Shown here: positions 49,589 through 60,192 of the stretch, one piece after another
Layout of the letters: every line of letters starts with the position of its first letter
How positions within the stretch are numbered: position 1 is the stretch's first letter
Origin: an uncultured Rhizobium sp.
GTDB taxonomy: Bacteria > Pseudomonadota > Alphaproteobacteria > Rickettsiales > UBA1997
Assembly (NCBI GenBank): GCA_964506725.1
Contig: CAZDLU010000007.1
Coordinates: forward strand, 1,036-65,035
Direction of reading: 5' to 3'
DNA length: 64,000 nucleotides
Notes under the pieces: generated by a model
Database searches by the model: none
The model's input: only the letters and a program-made list of their open reading frames with translations
Told to the model about the DNA's origin: nothing
Program-made: the position numbers and the translations under genes

Positions 49589-50848
49589 TCATTTTCGCAA
49601 AGCACACTTAGCTTCAACAATATATTTATAAGTCACCAATTGCTCCAAACCAACAGGTCCGCGAGCATGCATTTTTCCTGTCGCAATTCCAACTTCAGCA
49701 CCCAATCCAAATTCTCCGCCATCCGCAAATTGTGTAGAAGCATTATGCATTACAATTGCTGAATTTACTTTTTTTAAAAAAGTTTCTGCCGCTTTTTTAT
49801 CTTCGGTAATAATACTTTCAGTATGCGAAGAACCATAAATAGCAATATGTCTTATGGCCTCGTTAATATCTTTGACAATTTTTATAGAAATTATTTTATC
49901 TAAAAATTCCGTATAAAAATCTTTTTCTTCCGCTAATTTTATTCTTTTATCAAGCGTTACCGCTTCTTTATCGCCACGCATTTCACATCCTGCTTTACTT
50001 AAATCATCAGCAACTAAGGGCAGAATTTTTTTAGCAATTTTAGCATCAATAAGCAGCGATTCCGTAGCTCCGCAAATACCAACGCGTCGCATTTTGGCAT
50101 TCATTAAAATTGCGCGCGCTTTTTTAAAATCACATTTTTCATGCAAATAAGTATGACAATTTCCATCGAGATGGCGAAAAAGCGGAATTTTGGTATGTTC
50201 CATCACTGCCTTAATCAATGACTTGCCGCCGCGCGGAATTACTACATCGATATGTTCTTCCATTTTCAGTAATTCATTCACATATTCGCGCTCAACATTT
50301 TCTACTAAAGTCACGGCATTTTTGTCAACGCCGAATTTTTCCAAAGCTTTGCGAAAAATTTCAACTAATGCTTTTGCGGAATTAATGGAATCAGAACCGC
50401 CACGTAAAATCACGGCATTACCTGACTTAAGAGCAAGGGCCGCAATGTCTGATGCAACGTTCGGGCGCGACTCAAAAATTGCCAGCAACACTCCCAAAGG
50501 CGTGGTAATTCTTCTAATGTGCAAACCATTTTCACGCTTTACATCATAAAGAATTTTATTGGTCGGATCATTTAATTTAGCAATTTCTTTAACTGCATTT
50601 GCTAAAGAAATAATTCTGGCTTCATCTAAAATTAAACGATCAATTTTAGCCGTTTCAAGCTTGTTTTTCTTTGCCGCTTTAACATCTTTGGCGTTTGCTC
50701 TAATTATTTTTTCGCTACTTTCCTTAATTAATTTTGCTGCTTCCAATAAAATTTTATCTTTAGTTTTAGAATCAAGATTAGCAATTTCTGTGCTGGCTTT
50801 TTTTGCAGCAAGACAAATTTTTAGAACTTTGGATTTTATTTCGCTCAT
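49589..50848 (-). CDS. proA: Glutamate-5-semialdehyde dehydrogenase (gamma-glutamyl phosphate reductase)
   Basis: IFESRPNV, ILRGGS, active-site Cys context VGICGATESLLI, and VMHNASTQFADGGEFGLGAEVGI. Confidence 0.93.
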   Translation of the reverse strand: MSEIKSKVLKICLAAKKASTEIANLDSKTKDKILLEAAKLIKESSEKIIRANAKDVKAAKKNKLETAKIDRLILDEARIISLANAVKEIAKLNDPTNKILYDVKRENGLHIRRITTPLGVLLAIFESRPNVASDIAALALKSGNAVILRGGSDSINSAKALVEIFRKALEKFGVDKNAVTLVENVEREYVNELLKMEEHIDVVIPRGGKSLIKAVMEHTKIPLFRHLDGNCHTYLHEKCDFKKARAILMNAKMRRVGICGATESLLIDAKIAKKILPLVADDLSKAGCEMRGDKEAVTLDKRIKLAEEKDFYTEFLDKIISIKIVKDINEAIRHIAIYGSSHTESIITEDKKAAETFLKKVNSAIVMHNASTQFADGGEFGLGAEVGIATGKMHARGPVGLEQLVTYKYIVEAKCALRK

Positions 50849-52296
50849 AGAAAATTAATTATTTTAAACAAAAGCGGTATCGCCAAAGCCAACAATAGCA
50901 AGAGTCCAGTTAAAATCAAGGCAGAGTCGCTTTCTATTAATTTTATTAAATTCAAATCTTCGCTATTTCGCTGTGGCGCTTCTTTTGACAATAAAGGCAA
51001 AGCCACTTTCAAAGTAAAAATTATCAGGCTGACAAAATTGATTAAACATACAAAAGCGCTAATGAATAAATGTTGCTTTATAATGATTTTTAACAAAAAG
51101 AATTTTGTCAATAACCCTACAGCCGGAGCAATTCCCGCTAAATTGGCTATGGTAAAAATAAATAAAAAAGAATTTGTTCTTAGCTGATAAAATAAGCCTT
51201 GCGGGCTTTTATTTTCAGCCTTGTTAAGAAATAAAATAAAATTGGAAATAGTGATAAAAGCCAATGTTATAGAAAATACGAATGAAGTTGAAGGAAGGTA
51301 AATATTGGCTTTAGAGAAGTTTGCTAAAATTAGCGTTTCAAAAATTACCAATAAAAACTGCTGGAAAAAAAGATAGAAAAAAGATGATTTTAGATTTTTG
51401 CTAAATATTAAAAATATTGAGGCGATAAAAATATTTAATAAAAAAATTATTTCAAAAAAGTGTAAACCTATTTTAGAAATGATTTCCGAAATCCAAGTGA
51501 AGCCGAACAAAGTGGATGTAAGCTTGAGAAAGGTAAATAAACTGCTTAAAGAGTATCCGATAAAAAATAAAATATAGGTAACTAAAGTATCAAAATTTAA
51601 GTTGCGATAGATAATGTAAAATGGCGCTAAAGCCGAAAGAAAAAGTGCGGCAAAATATAATAAAAATAAAAAAGCATATTTTAAATTAACTTCCGTCATT
51701 ATGCCGCCTTTGGTAAAATCGGCAAAACCGTTGAATTTGTAGGTAGCGATGATAGCAAAAAGTAAAATTATCGATTCAAGATAAAGCAAAATCGTAAATA
51801 ATTGCGGCATTCTGGTATCTTTTTTATGCAAAAATTTTATAGCAAAAAAATGATACAAAATTACTAATGCATTATAAAAAAATAAAATTGTAAAAAGGTT
51901 CTTGGAAGCAACGAGTACAATGTTAAAAGAAAAAATTAAAATTGTAAAAAAGCGAAATTCATTAATATTTTTTATTAAATTTAACTGCATGTTTCTTGTT
52001 GAATAAAAAGTAAAAATCATCCACAAAAAACCCAACAAAAACAAAAAATAACAAGTTAATTTATCAACGCTAAATCCAAGTGCAACCGCGCTCTGCATGG
52101 CTTCTATCAGCATCAATTCATTATTGCCCTGCCCTAAACTTCTATATAATCCGCATAAAATTGCTAAAAATAATACCGGGAAAATTTTATTAATTAAATT
52201 AGTAATGCGCCATAAGCCGTTGAAAGCCTTAAATGCAAAGCAATTTGCAAAAGGAATCAAGATAAGAATAAAAAGTAAAAATTGCGTTTGGCTCAT
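50845..52296 (-). CDS. Divergent antiporter-like polytopic membrane protein (NuoL/M/N - MrpA/D superfamily-like)
   Basis: 483 aa, ~14 hydrophobic helices, extreme F/L/I bias. GFSVDKLTCYFLFLLGFLWMIFTFYS fits the family pattern L.VD.LS..F.LL......YS. In FFTILIFSFNIVLVASKNLFTILFFYNALV the position of the usual TM5 Glu is Asn. ATGA overlaps link it to both neighbours. Confidence 0.45.
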   Translation of the reverse strand: MSQTQFLLFILILIPFANCFAFKAFNGLWRITNLINKIFPVLFLAILCGLYRSLGQGNNELMLIEAMQSAVALGFSVDKLTCYFLFLLGFLWMIFTFYSTRNMQLNLIKNINEFRFFTILIFSFNIVLVASKNLFTILFFYNALVILYHFFAIKFLHKKDTRMPQLFTILLYLESIILLFAIIATYKFNGFADFTKGGIMTEVNLKYAFLFLLYFAALFLSALAPFYIIYRNLNFDTLVTYILFFIGYSLSSLFTFLKLTSTLFGFTWISEIISKIGLHFFEIIFLLNIFIASIFLIFSKNLKSSFFYLFFQQFLLVIFETLILANFSKANIYLPSTSFVFSITLAFITISNFILFLNKAENKSPQGLFYQLRTNSFLFIFTIANLAGIAPAVGLLTKFFLLKIIIKQHLFISAFVCLINFVSLIIFTLKVALPLLSKEAPQRNSEDLNLIKLIESDSALILTGLLLLLALAIPLLFKIINFL

Positions 52297-53750
52297 AAGT
52301 TGTTTGAAATTAAATAAGCGGCAAACCTTAAGGAAATATTGTTAAACAACCCTGACATTAGCGAAACCAAGCAAATTGTGACAATCATAAGCCAAAAAGC
52401 TATGGCATAAGATTTTTTTATTGCGACTTCTGAAAGCTCGTGCGGCCTGTCAAACAAAGGAGTTATAAGTTTTATTACTATAGCAATATTGGAAAAATTG
52501 GCGATAATTAAAATTGCCAATAGAAAAATTTCCAGATCAATTTTCAGCAATCCGTAAATCATATGCCAATTAGCAAAAAACATTATCGTTAATGGAAATG
52601 CCGCTAAAAATAAGAGCAAGATTTTAAATGGTAGAGTTATAAACAAATTGTCTATGAGGTTGATTTTACTGATTGAAGAGCTGTTGTAATGTTTTTTTAA
52701 AAAGATCGCAAAAGTAAAAATAAATAAATTAACTATAGAAAAATTTATTAAGTAAAAAAATAATGCCTGCAGCGAATCAACAGTTTGCAGGGTAAAAGCC
52801 AGCACAATAAATCCAAAATTATTTAGACAAAAATAAGCAGAGATAAATTCAAGATGGCGTTGAAGGTAGAGTTTTAGCGAGCTATAGAGGATTATTGCTA
52901 GCGCTAAAATTATAAAAAATATTTTAAAAACGGCGAACAATTCAATGTTAAAAAATAGAAAAATAAATTTTAAAGCTAAAAAAATTCCAACATTTGTTTG
53001 AATAAAAAGTGAGTCTATCGCCAGGAAATTAGCGGTTAAATTCTGGTTTTTTAATTTAGTAAAATAAAAATTAAATAAGAAAAACTTGATTGTAAAAGCT
53101 AATGCTAAAACTAAAAAAATTGATGCGGAGAACCACTTATCATTTAAGGAAATATTATTAGAAATTTCATCAAAATTTATTTCACCAAAAGTTAAATAAA
53201 TACTCAGAAAACATAGTAGAATTAAAAGCGAAGACGTGGCACTTAAACAAAAAGATTTAAAAGATAATTTGGCAATTTCAAGATCGTAAGAAATGGACGA
53301 AATGGCAAACAAACTAAAGGAATAAATTTCGAAAAATAAAAATAAATTTAACAGATTGTTGCTAGAAAAAATACCGATCAAGCTAAAAATTTGCAGTAAA
53401 AAAACCGGGTAAAAAAAAGCGCCGCCTTTTTTATTAAGAAACTTCTCAATATCAGATTTAAAAAAGCATAAGGTTGTTATTTTTATAAAAATAATAAGGA
53501 TTATAAAGATAATTCCCAAAATATCTAAATTAAACTCAAGCCCAAGAGACAGTAAGGATAAATGCAAATCATTTGCTATTCTTTCATAAAAAATCACTTG
53601 CGGAAAAATTTTTATCGCGAGCAAAAATTCTATTATAGCAATTGCCAACGCAACAAAAAAAGTAAATGATTTTTTAGCGATTAATTGGCAAAAAATTGCG
53701 GCAATAAGTGGTAAAAAAATTAGTAAGTAGATATTGCTAATTATGCCCAT
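52293..53750 (-). CDS. Divergent antiporter-like polytopic membrane protein (NuoL/M/N - MrpA/D superfamily-like)
   Basis: About 485 aa from ATG 53750 (the track TTG 53810 would overlap the divergent neighbour). LEFNLDILGIIFIILIIF, FLFFEIYSFSLFAI (TM5 Glu retained) and AFTIKFFLFNFYF (Lys retained, His/Trp of the K..P.H.WLP motif lost). Confidence 0.45.
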   Translation of the reverse strand: MGIISNIYLLIFLPLIAAIFCQLIAKKSFTFFVALAIAIIEFLLAIKIFPQVIFYERIANDLHLSLLSLGLEFNLDILGIIFIILIIFIKITTLCFFKSDIEKFLNKKGGAFFYPVFLLQIFSLIGIFSSNNLLNLFLFFEIYSFSLFAISSISYDLEIAKLSFKSFCLSATSSLLILLCFLSIYLTFGEINFDEISNNISLNDKWFSASIFLVLALAFTIKFFLFNFYFTKLKNQNLTANFLAIDSLFIQTNVGIFLALKFIFLFFNIELFAVFKIFFIILALAIILYSSLKLYLQRHLEFISAYFCLNNFGFIVLAFTLQTVDSLQALFFYLINFSIVNLFIFTFAIFLKKHYNSSSISKINLIDNLFITLPFKILLLFLAAFPLTIMFFANWHMIYGLLKIDLEIFLLAILIIANFSNIAIVIKLITPLFDRPHELSEVAIKKSYAIAFWLMIVTICLVSLMSGLFNNISLRFAAYLISNNL

Positions 53751-53800
53751 ATGGCTATTTTTCTGATAGTTTTTAATCAAGAAAATTACATTATAATCAT

Positions 53801-54376
53801 ATGATTGCAAATAAAACCGTGCTTGTAATTTTGCGCCAAGAATTTGCTACTACTACCAATTCCGATTCAATAATTTCTTCACCGAATGCTAAAAATGGCA
53901 CGATTTTAACGATAACTGATGAAGCTAGAGAAGTAACAACAATGGCTCATCTTGATAATAATGAGACCTTGGCAGAAGATTTCGAAATTATAATAAATGA
54001 TTTTACCCAAAATGGCGGAGATATTGAAAATGCCAAGTGCAATTTGATGGGAAAAAAACCTTATGTACAATTAGAGAAAATCTTGAATAAAAGAAAAATA
54101 AAATTTGATAAAGAAACCTGGAGCGGCACGCATTCTTATATTGTTGAAGCTTTTTATGACGGAAGAATTTCCATCACTAACGATCCGGAAAAATCGCGGC
54201 AAATTATTACCGGCCTCTTATTCGATGAAAAACAAGATGGCGAAAGCCGCATAAATCAAGCCATGAGCAATCAACCGATTAATCTGACAAAAATAATTCG
54301 CGGCCATCAGGTTCCGTCTTCGGTATTGGCAAAACCGCAGGAAGCTGCGGCACTAAATTATAGCAATAATAATTAA
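53801..54376 (+). CDS. Hypothetical soluble protein
   Basis: 191-aa ORF with no signal peptide or TM helix and no family recognised. Supported by length, position and ordinary amino-acid composition only. Confidence 0.5.
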   Translation: MIANKTVLVILRQEFATTTNSDSIISSPNAKNGTILTITDEAREVTTMAHLDNNETLAEDFEIIINDFTQNGGDIENAKCNLMGKKPYVQLEKILNKRKIKFDKETWSGTHSYIVEAFYDGRISITNDPEKSRQIITGLLFDEKQDGESRINQAMSNQPINLTKIIRGHQVPSSVLAKPQEAAALNYSNNN

Positions 54377-54380
54377 ACTT

Positions 54381-54827
54381 ATGAAAAAAAATTCTTTGGG
54401 CCAAAAAACTATTTATCAATTAAGTAAAGTTGATGGTAAAATTTTAGAAAGCGTAAAAAATCCGCATTTAGACGTTGATTATGCGATTCGTTTTTCTTGT
54501 CCTGAATTTACTTCAATTTGTCCGATTACCGGGCAACCCGATTTTGCTAATATCATTATTGATTATGTGCCGAATAAAGAAATTATTGAGAGCAAATCTT
54601 TGAAACTTTATTTGTTTTCCTATCGCAATCACGGTGCGTTTCATGAAGATTGCACGGTACAAATCGCTAAAGATATTATTAAAAAAATTAATCCAAAATT
54701 TTTGCGGATCGGCGGATATTGGTTTCCCAGAGGCGGAATTCCGATTGATGTATTTTTTCAACATGGAAAATTACCTAAGGAAATTTTCTTAAAGGAGCAA
54801 GAATTCCCGATTTATAAAGGAAGATAA
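54381..54827 (+). CDS. queF: NADPH-dependent 7-cyano-7-deazaguanine reductase (type I QueF)
   Basis: [23 protein letters not shown] with the catalytic Cys. QueF motif [20 protein letters not shown]. Confidence 0.92.
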   Translation: MKKNSLGQKTIYQLSKVDGKILESVKNPHLDVDYAIRFSCPEFTSICPITGQPDFANIIIDYVPNKEIIESKSLKLYLFSYRNHGAFHEDCTVQIAKDIIKKINPKFLRIGGYWFPRGGIPIDVFFQHGKLPKEIFLKEQEFPIYKGR

Positions 54828-54829
54828 GC

Positions 54830-55618
54830 ATGATAATTACTTTGCCTTATATCAATCCAAATATATTAGAAATAGGTCCAATTGCTATTCGCTGGTATTC
54901 TTTAGCTTATATTGCCGGAATTTTGTTCGCTTTATTTTGGTTAAAAAAATGCAACCAGAAAAACAAAATAATGTCGCAAAAAGCTTATGATGATTGGTTA
55001 CTCTGGGCAGTGCTTTCCATAATAATCGGTGGCAGATTAGGCTACGTACTATTTTACAACCTGCCCTTTTTCTTAAGCCATCCTCTTGAAATTGCAGCAA
55101 TTTGGCACGGCGGCATGTCATTTCATGGCGGGTTATGTGGCTCGATTATCGGACTGTGGCTTTTTTGCAAAAAATATAAGATTGAATTTTTTAAACTAAC
55201 CGATGTTATGGCTGTGGCAACGCCATTTGGAATTTTCTTTGGTCGTATTGCCAATTTTATTAATATGGAACTTTATGGACGTGCCACGGAAAGTGATTAT
55301 GGCATAATTTTTCCTAATGCCGGGGATTTTCCTCGCCATCCAAGTCAACTTTATGAGGCTTTCTTGGAAGGTTTTTTACTATTTATTATTTTAATCTCAC
55401 TTCATAAATTCACTAAAATAAAAGATAAAAGCGGAGTTTTAAGCGGAATATTTTTAGCATTTTACGGCTTAAGTAGAATAATAGTTGAAAATTTTCGTGA
55501 ACCGGATGAGCAAATCGGCTTTATTTTTAACAAAATTACTCTTGGGCAGTTGTTATCATTGCCATTAATTTTGTGTGGAATTTTAATAATAATTTTTAGT
55601 TTCAAAAAGAAAAATTAA
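54830..55618 (+). CDS. lgt: Prolipoprotein diacylglyceryl transferase
   Basis: IRWYSLAYIAGI, GGRLGYVLFYN, GMSFHGGL, GRIANFINMELYGR, HPSQLYEA. Confidence 0.93.
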   Translation: MIITLPYINPNILEIGPIAIRWYSLAYIAGILFALFWLKKCNQKNKIMSQKAYDDWLLWAVLSIIIGGRLGYVLFYNLPFFLSHPLEIAAIWHGGMSFHGGLCGSIIGLWLFCKKYKIEFFKLTDVMAVATPFGIFFGRIANFINMELYGRATESDYGIIFPNAGDFPRHPSQLYEAFLEGFLLFIILISLHKFTKIKDKSGVLSGIFLAFYGLSRIIVENFREPDEQIGFIFNKITLGQLLSLPLILCGILIIIFSFKKKN

Positions 55619-55861
55619 TAAAAAAAATCTTGCTAAAAAAAGAATCGAGTTGTTTGTAGTGCCGACTTACCATAATGTGCCTTCAAGCCTTGAAAATAAA
55701 GGCCTTAAACTCATCAATGGTAGCAGTTTTTAGCCTCCCAAACTGTCAAGCGCTTTATTTTAAATAATAAAAAATAAATTTCTTTACTGGGAAAGAAAAG
55801 GGATAAAAATGATTAAGATCAAATTTAAAGATTTTAAAAAAATATCCCAATTTTCTCAGAT

Positions 55862-57256
55862 ATGAAATTAGCCCTAAAAAATGATGAAATTCTAGCGCAA
55901 AACAGTTCTTTTTTAACAAGCTTTTCTGATGCTTGTTTTAATGAGTTCGGTGAAGAAAATTTCGGTAAGTGGCTATCAAAACTTGAAATTGTTCTTGAGT
56001 CAGAAAGCGAAGTTATTTTTTCCGCTCCTTCTAAATTTATACGCGATTGGATTATTCGTGAATTTGTTGAAACAAAAAAGTTAATTAAGTTGGTAGCAAA
56101 TATAAAACCGCAGGTAAAAAAGCTTGCAGTTATATATAAAGCAAAAACTTGTGAAGAAATTTTGCCGACAAAAACTACGGAAAAAGTTATTAGCATCTCT
56201 AAGCATGATAATGTTTTTACTCTTGGAACCGAATTAAATCCGCGTTACACCTTTGAAAATTTTATCTCGGTTAAATCGAATAAACTAGCAGCTTCAATGG
56301 CAAAAATTGCTGCCGGGGTCGATGCTCAAATCAATCTTTTTGATGATAAAATTCCATTATTTATTCATGGTGCTGTCGGCATGGGAAAAACTCACCTAGC
56401 ACAAGCAATTGCTTGGAAGCTAAAGGAGTTTAACAAAACTAAAAAAGTCGTTTATTTGTCAGCTGAAAAATTCATGTATCACTTTGTGCAATCAATCCGC
56501 AGTAATGATGTGATGAGCTTTAAAGAAAAAATGCGCTCAATTGATGTTTTAATTGTTGATGATGTACAATTTATCGCCGGCAAAGAAAGCACTCAGCAAG
56601 AATTTATGAACAGTTTTAATTCACTTGTTGAAGATAATAAACAAGTGGTTTTGGTTTGCGATCGCTGCCCTTCCGCCCTTGAAAATATTGACGAGAAGTT
56701 AAAATCACGCATTACCGGTGGTATGATCGTTAACTTTAAAGCTCCTGACTATCGTGATCGCCTTGAAATTTTAAAACATAAAGCGCAATTGATGAATCAG
56801 GAAATTAATGAAGCCGTTCTTAGTTTGATTGCCGAAAAAATTACAACCAACGTGCGTGATTTGGAAGGAGTTTTAAAAAAATTAATTGCCAATAAAGTTA
56901 TCCTAAATGAAGAAATTACTATTGAACTAGCGAAAACATTGCTTGCCAGCTATATTAAAGCTTCCGATGCCAAAGCGCCTACCGTTGAAAAAATTCAAAA
57001 AACCGTAGCTAATTTTTATGGCATAAAAATTTCCGATTTATCGTCATCAAACCGTGCCAGGTCTATTGCTAGACCAAGACAAGTTGCCATGTATTTAGCA
57101 AAAATAATGACCACTGAAAGTTTGCCAAAAATTGGAGAGAAATTCGCTAAAAATCATGCAACGGTAATTCATGCGGTAAAACTTGTGCAGGAAATGATGA
57201 ATAATGACCAAAAATTTTCGCAAGAAGTTAAAGACTTAGAAGAAAAGATTAGATAG
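55862..57256 (+). CDS. dnaA: Chromosomal replication initiator protein DnaA
   Basis: AAA+ Walker A GAVGMGKTHLAQAI, Walker B LIVDDVQFIAGKESTQQEF. Domain IV: RPRQVAMYLAKIMTTESLPKIGEKFAKNHATVIHA. Confidence 0.96.
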   Translation: MKLALKNDEILAQNSSFLTSFSDACFNEFGEENFGKWLSKLEIVLESESEVIFSAPSKFIRDWIIREFVETKKLIKLVANIKPQVKKLAVIYKAKTCEEILPTKTTEKVISISKHDNVFTLGTELNPRYTFENFISVKSNKLAASMAKIAAGVDAQINLFDDKIPLFIHGAVGMGKTHLAQAIAWKLKEFNKTKKVVYLSAEKFMYHFVQSIRSNDVMSFKEKMRSIDVLIVDDVQFIAGKESTQQEFMNSFNSLVEDNKQVVLVCDRCPSALENIDEKLKSRITGGMIVNFKAPDYRDRLEILKHKAQLMNQEINEAVLSLIAEKITTNVRDLEGVLKKLIANKVILNEEITIELAKTLLASYIKASDAKAPTVEKIQKTVANFYGIKISDLSSSNRARSIARPRQVAMYLAKIMTTESLPKIGEKFAKNHATVIHAVKLVQEMMNNDQKFSQEVKDLEEKIR

Positions 57257-57348
57257 TTACAATTGGATATTTCCAATTCCTAATTTCTTGAAAATTAAAT
57301 TTTCCCCTTCACAATTCCAACCTTCTTAGACCTAGTTTTACTTTAATT

Positions 57349-58608
57349 ATGACAATTTTACAAAATTCTGATCCGCAAATTTTTGCCGCGATAAAAAACG
57401 AACTCGATCGCCAAAAATATCAAATTGAATTAATTGCCTCTGAAAATATTGTAAGCCCAGCTGTGTTAGAGGCTCAAGGCTCGGTATTTACTAACAAATA
57501 TGCTGAAGGCTATCCGGGAAAGCGTTATTATGGCGGTTGTGAATTTTCTGATGATATTGAAAACCTAGCAATTTCAAGGCTTTGCGAGCTTTTTGGTTCT
57601 AAATTTGCAAATGTTCAACCTCATTCCGGAGCCAGCGCCAATCTTGGTGTTTACTTGGCATTGTTACAACCGGGCGATACAATTCTTGGCATGTCGCTTG
57701 CGGCAGGAGGCCACTTAACACACGGCGCGGCACGCACAATTTCCGGCATGTGGTTAAAATCAGTGCAATATGGAATCAGGCTTGAAGATGGTTTAATTGA
57801 CTATGACTTGGCGCGCAAATTAGCACACGAACATAAACCGAAATTAATTGTTGCCGGAATTTCTTCTTACCCACGCATCGTTGATTGGCAACGCTTTAAA
57901 GAGATTGCCGATGAAGTTGGTGCTTTACTTATGGTTGATATGGCTCATGTAGCAGGCCTTGTGGCAGCTGGGCTCTACCCTACTCCGGTTGGTGTTGCCG
58001 ATATTGTAACTTCCACAACCCACAAAACTTTACGCGGCCCTCGCGGCGGTTTTATTTTAACTAATAATGAAGAACTGGCTAAAAAAATTAACTCGGCAGT
58101 TTTTCCGGGATTACAAGGCGGGCCATTGATGCATGTGATTGCGGCGAAAGCCGTGGCTTTTGCCGAAGCGCTGCGCCCGGAATTTAAAACTTATGCTAAA
58201 AAAGTTGTAGAAAATGCAAAAGTCTTAGCCGAAGTTTTAGTAAAACGCGGTTTAAAAATTACTACCGGTGGAACTGATTGCCACCTTATGGTTGTTGATT
58301 TGACACCACTTGAAACATTAACCGGAAAAGAAGCCGAAAAAGTTTTAGAACGTGCCGGCCTCACTTGCAATAAAAATGCCATTCCAAACGATCCGCGCAG
58401 TCCGTTCGTTACTTCCGGCCTTCGTTTTGGCACAGCGGCAGGCACAACGCGCGGCTTTGGCACAAAAGAATTTGCCAAAATCGGTGAGATGATTTGTGAT
58501 GTACTTGAAGGCTTTGTAAAAAACGGCGAAGAAGGCAACAAGGCTTTAGAACAAAGAATCAAAGCTGAAATTGTTGAGCTTTGTAAAAAATTTCCGATTT
58601 ATAACTAA
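57349..58608 (+). CDS. glyA: Serine hydroxymethyltransferase
   Basis: [35 protein letters not shown] site [14 protein letters not shown]. Confidence 0.97.
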   Translation: MTILQNSDPQIFAAIKNELDRQKYQIELIASENIVSPAVLEAQGSVFTNKYAEGYPGKRYYGGCEFSDDIENLAISRLCELFGSKFANVQPHSGASANLGVYLALLQPGDTILGMSLAAGGHLTHGAARTISGMWLKSVQYGIRLEDGLIDYDLARKLAHEHKPKLIVAGISSYPRIVDWQRFKEIADEVGALLMVDMAHVAGLVAAGLYPTPVGVADIVTSTTHKTLRGPRGGFILTNNEELAKKINSAVFPGLQGGPLMHVIAAKAVAFAEALRPEFKTYAKKVVENAKVLAEVLVKRGLKITTGGTDCHLMVVDLTPLETLTGKEAEKVLERAGLTCNKNAIPNDPRSPFVTSGLRFGTAAGTTRGFGTKEFAKIGEMICDVLEGFVKNGEEGNKALEQRIKAEIVELCKKFPIYN

Positions 58609-58610
58609 AA

Positions 58611-59282
58611 ATGACCGACAAAATAAAATTAGTAACATCAAAATTTTCTCCCTACGGCTATCGCGTGGAAATGGCCTTAATTGAAAAAAATATTCCCTAT
58701 CAAAAAGAATACATAGATTTGTCAAATCGCCCGGATTGGTTTACCAAAGATTCACCTCTAGGAAAAGTGCCGATTATTTATATTGGAAATAAGGTTTTAT
58801 TTGAATCTACCGTAATTTGCGAATATCTCGATGAAGCGTACAAAGACGTACCTTTGCAACCAACTGACCTTTATACGAAATATTGGCATCGCGCTTGGAT
58901 TGAATTTTCTAACGGCATTTTGGCGGAAACTTTAGGAATGTGTTTTGCCCAAAATCAGGAACAGTTTGATATTAAAAAAGCTGCCCTCAATGAAAAATTG
59001 GCGATTTTTGATAAATACGTAAAATTTAATCCTTATTTTGAAGGTGACAAATTTTCTTTAGTTGATATTTGCTTAGCTTCGGTTTTCAAGCCTTTAACTT
59101 TTATTGATAATAAATTTACGTTGGAAATTTTTGATTTACACAAAAATACCGCAACTTATGTGGAAAGTGTAGTAACGCGCGGATCGTTGAATAAAGCGCT
59201 ACCGAAGGATTATGAGGAATTATTTAAGGCGTTTTTAGAGAGAAGGAAGTCACATCTTTTGACTATGAGTTTTAGCCTATAA
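58611..59282 (+). CDS. Glutathione S-transferase family protein
   Basis: Thioredoxin-like N-domain (FSPYGYRVEMALIEKNIPY, GKVPII..., ESTVICEYLDE) followed by a helical C-domain. Confidence 0.75.
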   Translation: MTDKIKLVTSKFSPYGYRVEMALIEKNIPYQKEYIDLSNRPDWFTKDSPLGKVPIIYIGNKVLFESTVICEYLDEAYKDVPLQPTDLYTKYWHRAWIEFSNGILAETLGMCFAQNQEQFDIKKAALNEKLAIFDKYVKFNPYFEGDKFSLVDICLASVFKPLTFIDNKFTLEIFDLHKNTATYVESVVTRGSLNKALPKDYEELFKAFLERRKSHLLTMSFSL

Positions 59283-59319
59283 AACGTAAGGTCGACATTA
59301 GAAATACCGACCTTACGTT
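59283..59319. terminator. Bidirectional terminator hairpin between convergent GST gene and ndk
   Basis: 12-bp perfect stem aacgtaaggtcg (59283-59294) / cgaccttacgtt (59308-59319) with a 13-nt loop. It begins 1 nt after the GST stop and ends 8 nt before the ndk stop. Confidence 0.6.
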
Positions 59320-59326
59320 GGCTTTA

Positions 59327-59749
59327 TTATTCCACAATCTCAAACCCGGCAAAGAAAAACGCCACTTCATTTTTCGCATTTTCCAAACTATCAGAACCAT
59401 GCACCGAATTCGCTTCAATTGAAAGCGCAAATTCTTTACGAATTGTTCCTTCCGCAGCATTTTGTGGATTAGTCGCTCCCATAATTTCACGGTTTTTTGC
59501 TACAGCATTTTCACCTTTTAAAACTTGCACAACAACCGGACCAGAAATCATAAAGCTGACCAAATCCTTAAAAAACGGACGTTCGCGATGAACCGCGTAA
59601 AAATCTTGCGCCATCTTTTCTGATAATTGCAATCTTTTTTGAGCCACGATTTGCAAACCGGCTTTTTCGAATTTGTTATTGATAGCACCAGTCAAATTGC
59701 GTTTTGTCGCATCTGGTTTGATAATTGAAAGAGTATATTCTACTGTCAT
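59327..59749 (-). CDS. ndk: Nucleoside-diphosphate kinase
   Basis: [14 protein letters not shown], active-site NSVHGSDS. Confidence 0.96.
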   Translation of the reverse strand: MTVEYTLSIIKPDATKRNLTGAINNKFEKAGLQIVAQKRLQLSEKMAQDFYAVHRERPFFKDLVSFMISGPVVVQVLKGENAVAKNREIMGATNPQNAAEGTIRKEFALSIEANSVHGSDSLENAKNEVAFFFAGFEIVE

Positions 59750-59871
59750 AAAAATTTAATTAATTTAAAGGGCGCGTCATCATAAATTTTGTGGTAATTT
59801 TGTCAATAAAAACATTGTAAATAATCAGACTAAATATATTCTTAAAATCTAAAAAATAATTCTTCAAAAAA

Positions 59872-60192
59872 ATGTCAAAAACTGATTTCTCCTTACAGGA
59901 ATTACTTGATTTGGTAAAGGCCAAAATCGCGCAAAAAGATCCACATTCTTACAGCTTTAAATTGTATGAAGAAGGTGTAGAAAAAATATGTCGCAAAGTT
60001 GGCGAAGAGGCTGTGGAAGTGGTTGTAGCGGCCTTTATCAATGACAAAAACCCTAATGCAAAAAATCGTGAAGAATTGGTTGGCGAAATTTGTGATTTGC
60101 TTTATCACTTAACTGTTTTAATGGCGCAACGCAATATTGATTTTACTGAAGTTTTAACGGAATTAAACGAAAGAAATAAAAGAAAAAAATGA
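59872..60192 (+). CDS. hisE: Phosphoribosyl-ATP pyrophosphohydrolase (MazG-like all-alpha NTP-PPase)
   Basis: 106 aa. SYSFKLYEEGVEKICRKVGEEAVEVVVAA ... ELVGEICDLLYHLTVLM is the HisE pattern. Confidence 0.8.
   Translation: MSKTDFSLQELLDLVKAKIAQKDPHSYSFKLYEEGVEKICRKVGEEAVEVVVAAFINDKNPNAKNREELVGEICDLLYHLTVLMAQRNIDFTEVLTELNERNKRKK

Noticed and set aside
53801-54376. Faint CheD/deamidase-like resemblance (TTMAHL..., [29 protein letters not shown]) in the orphan 191-aa protein
   Set aside because: This is only an eyeballed spacing similarity. The catalytic Cys expected ~17 residues before the His is absent. Without an HMM or structure comparison this is not supportable.
55619-55861. Possible oriC / DnaA-box cluster upstream of dnaA
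   Set aside because: I found no good matches to TTATCCACA or its complement, only 6/9-type partial matches such as atatcccaa. Alphaproteobacterial origins are often not next to dnaA. I cannot support an origin call by eye.
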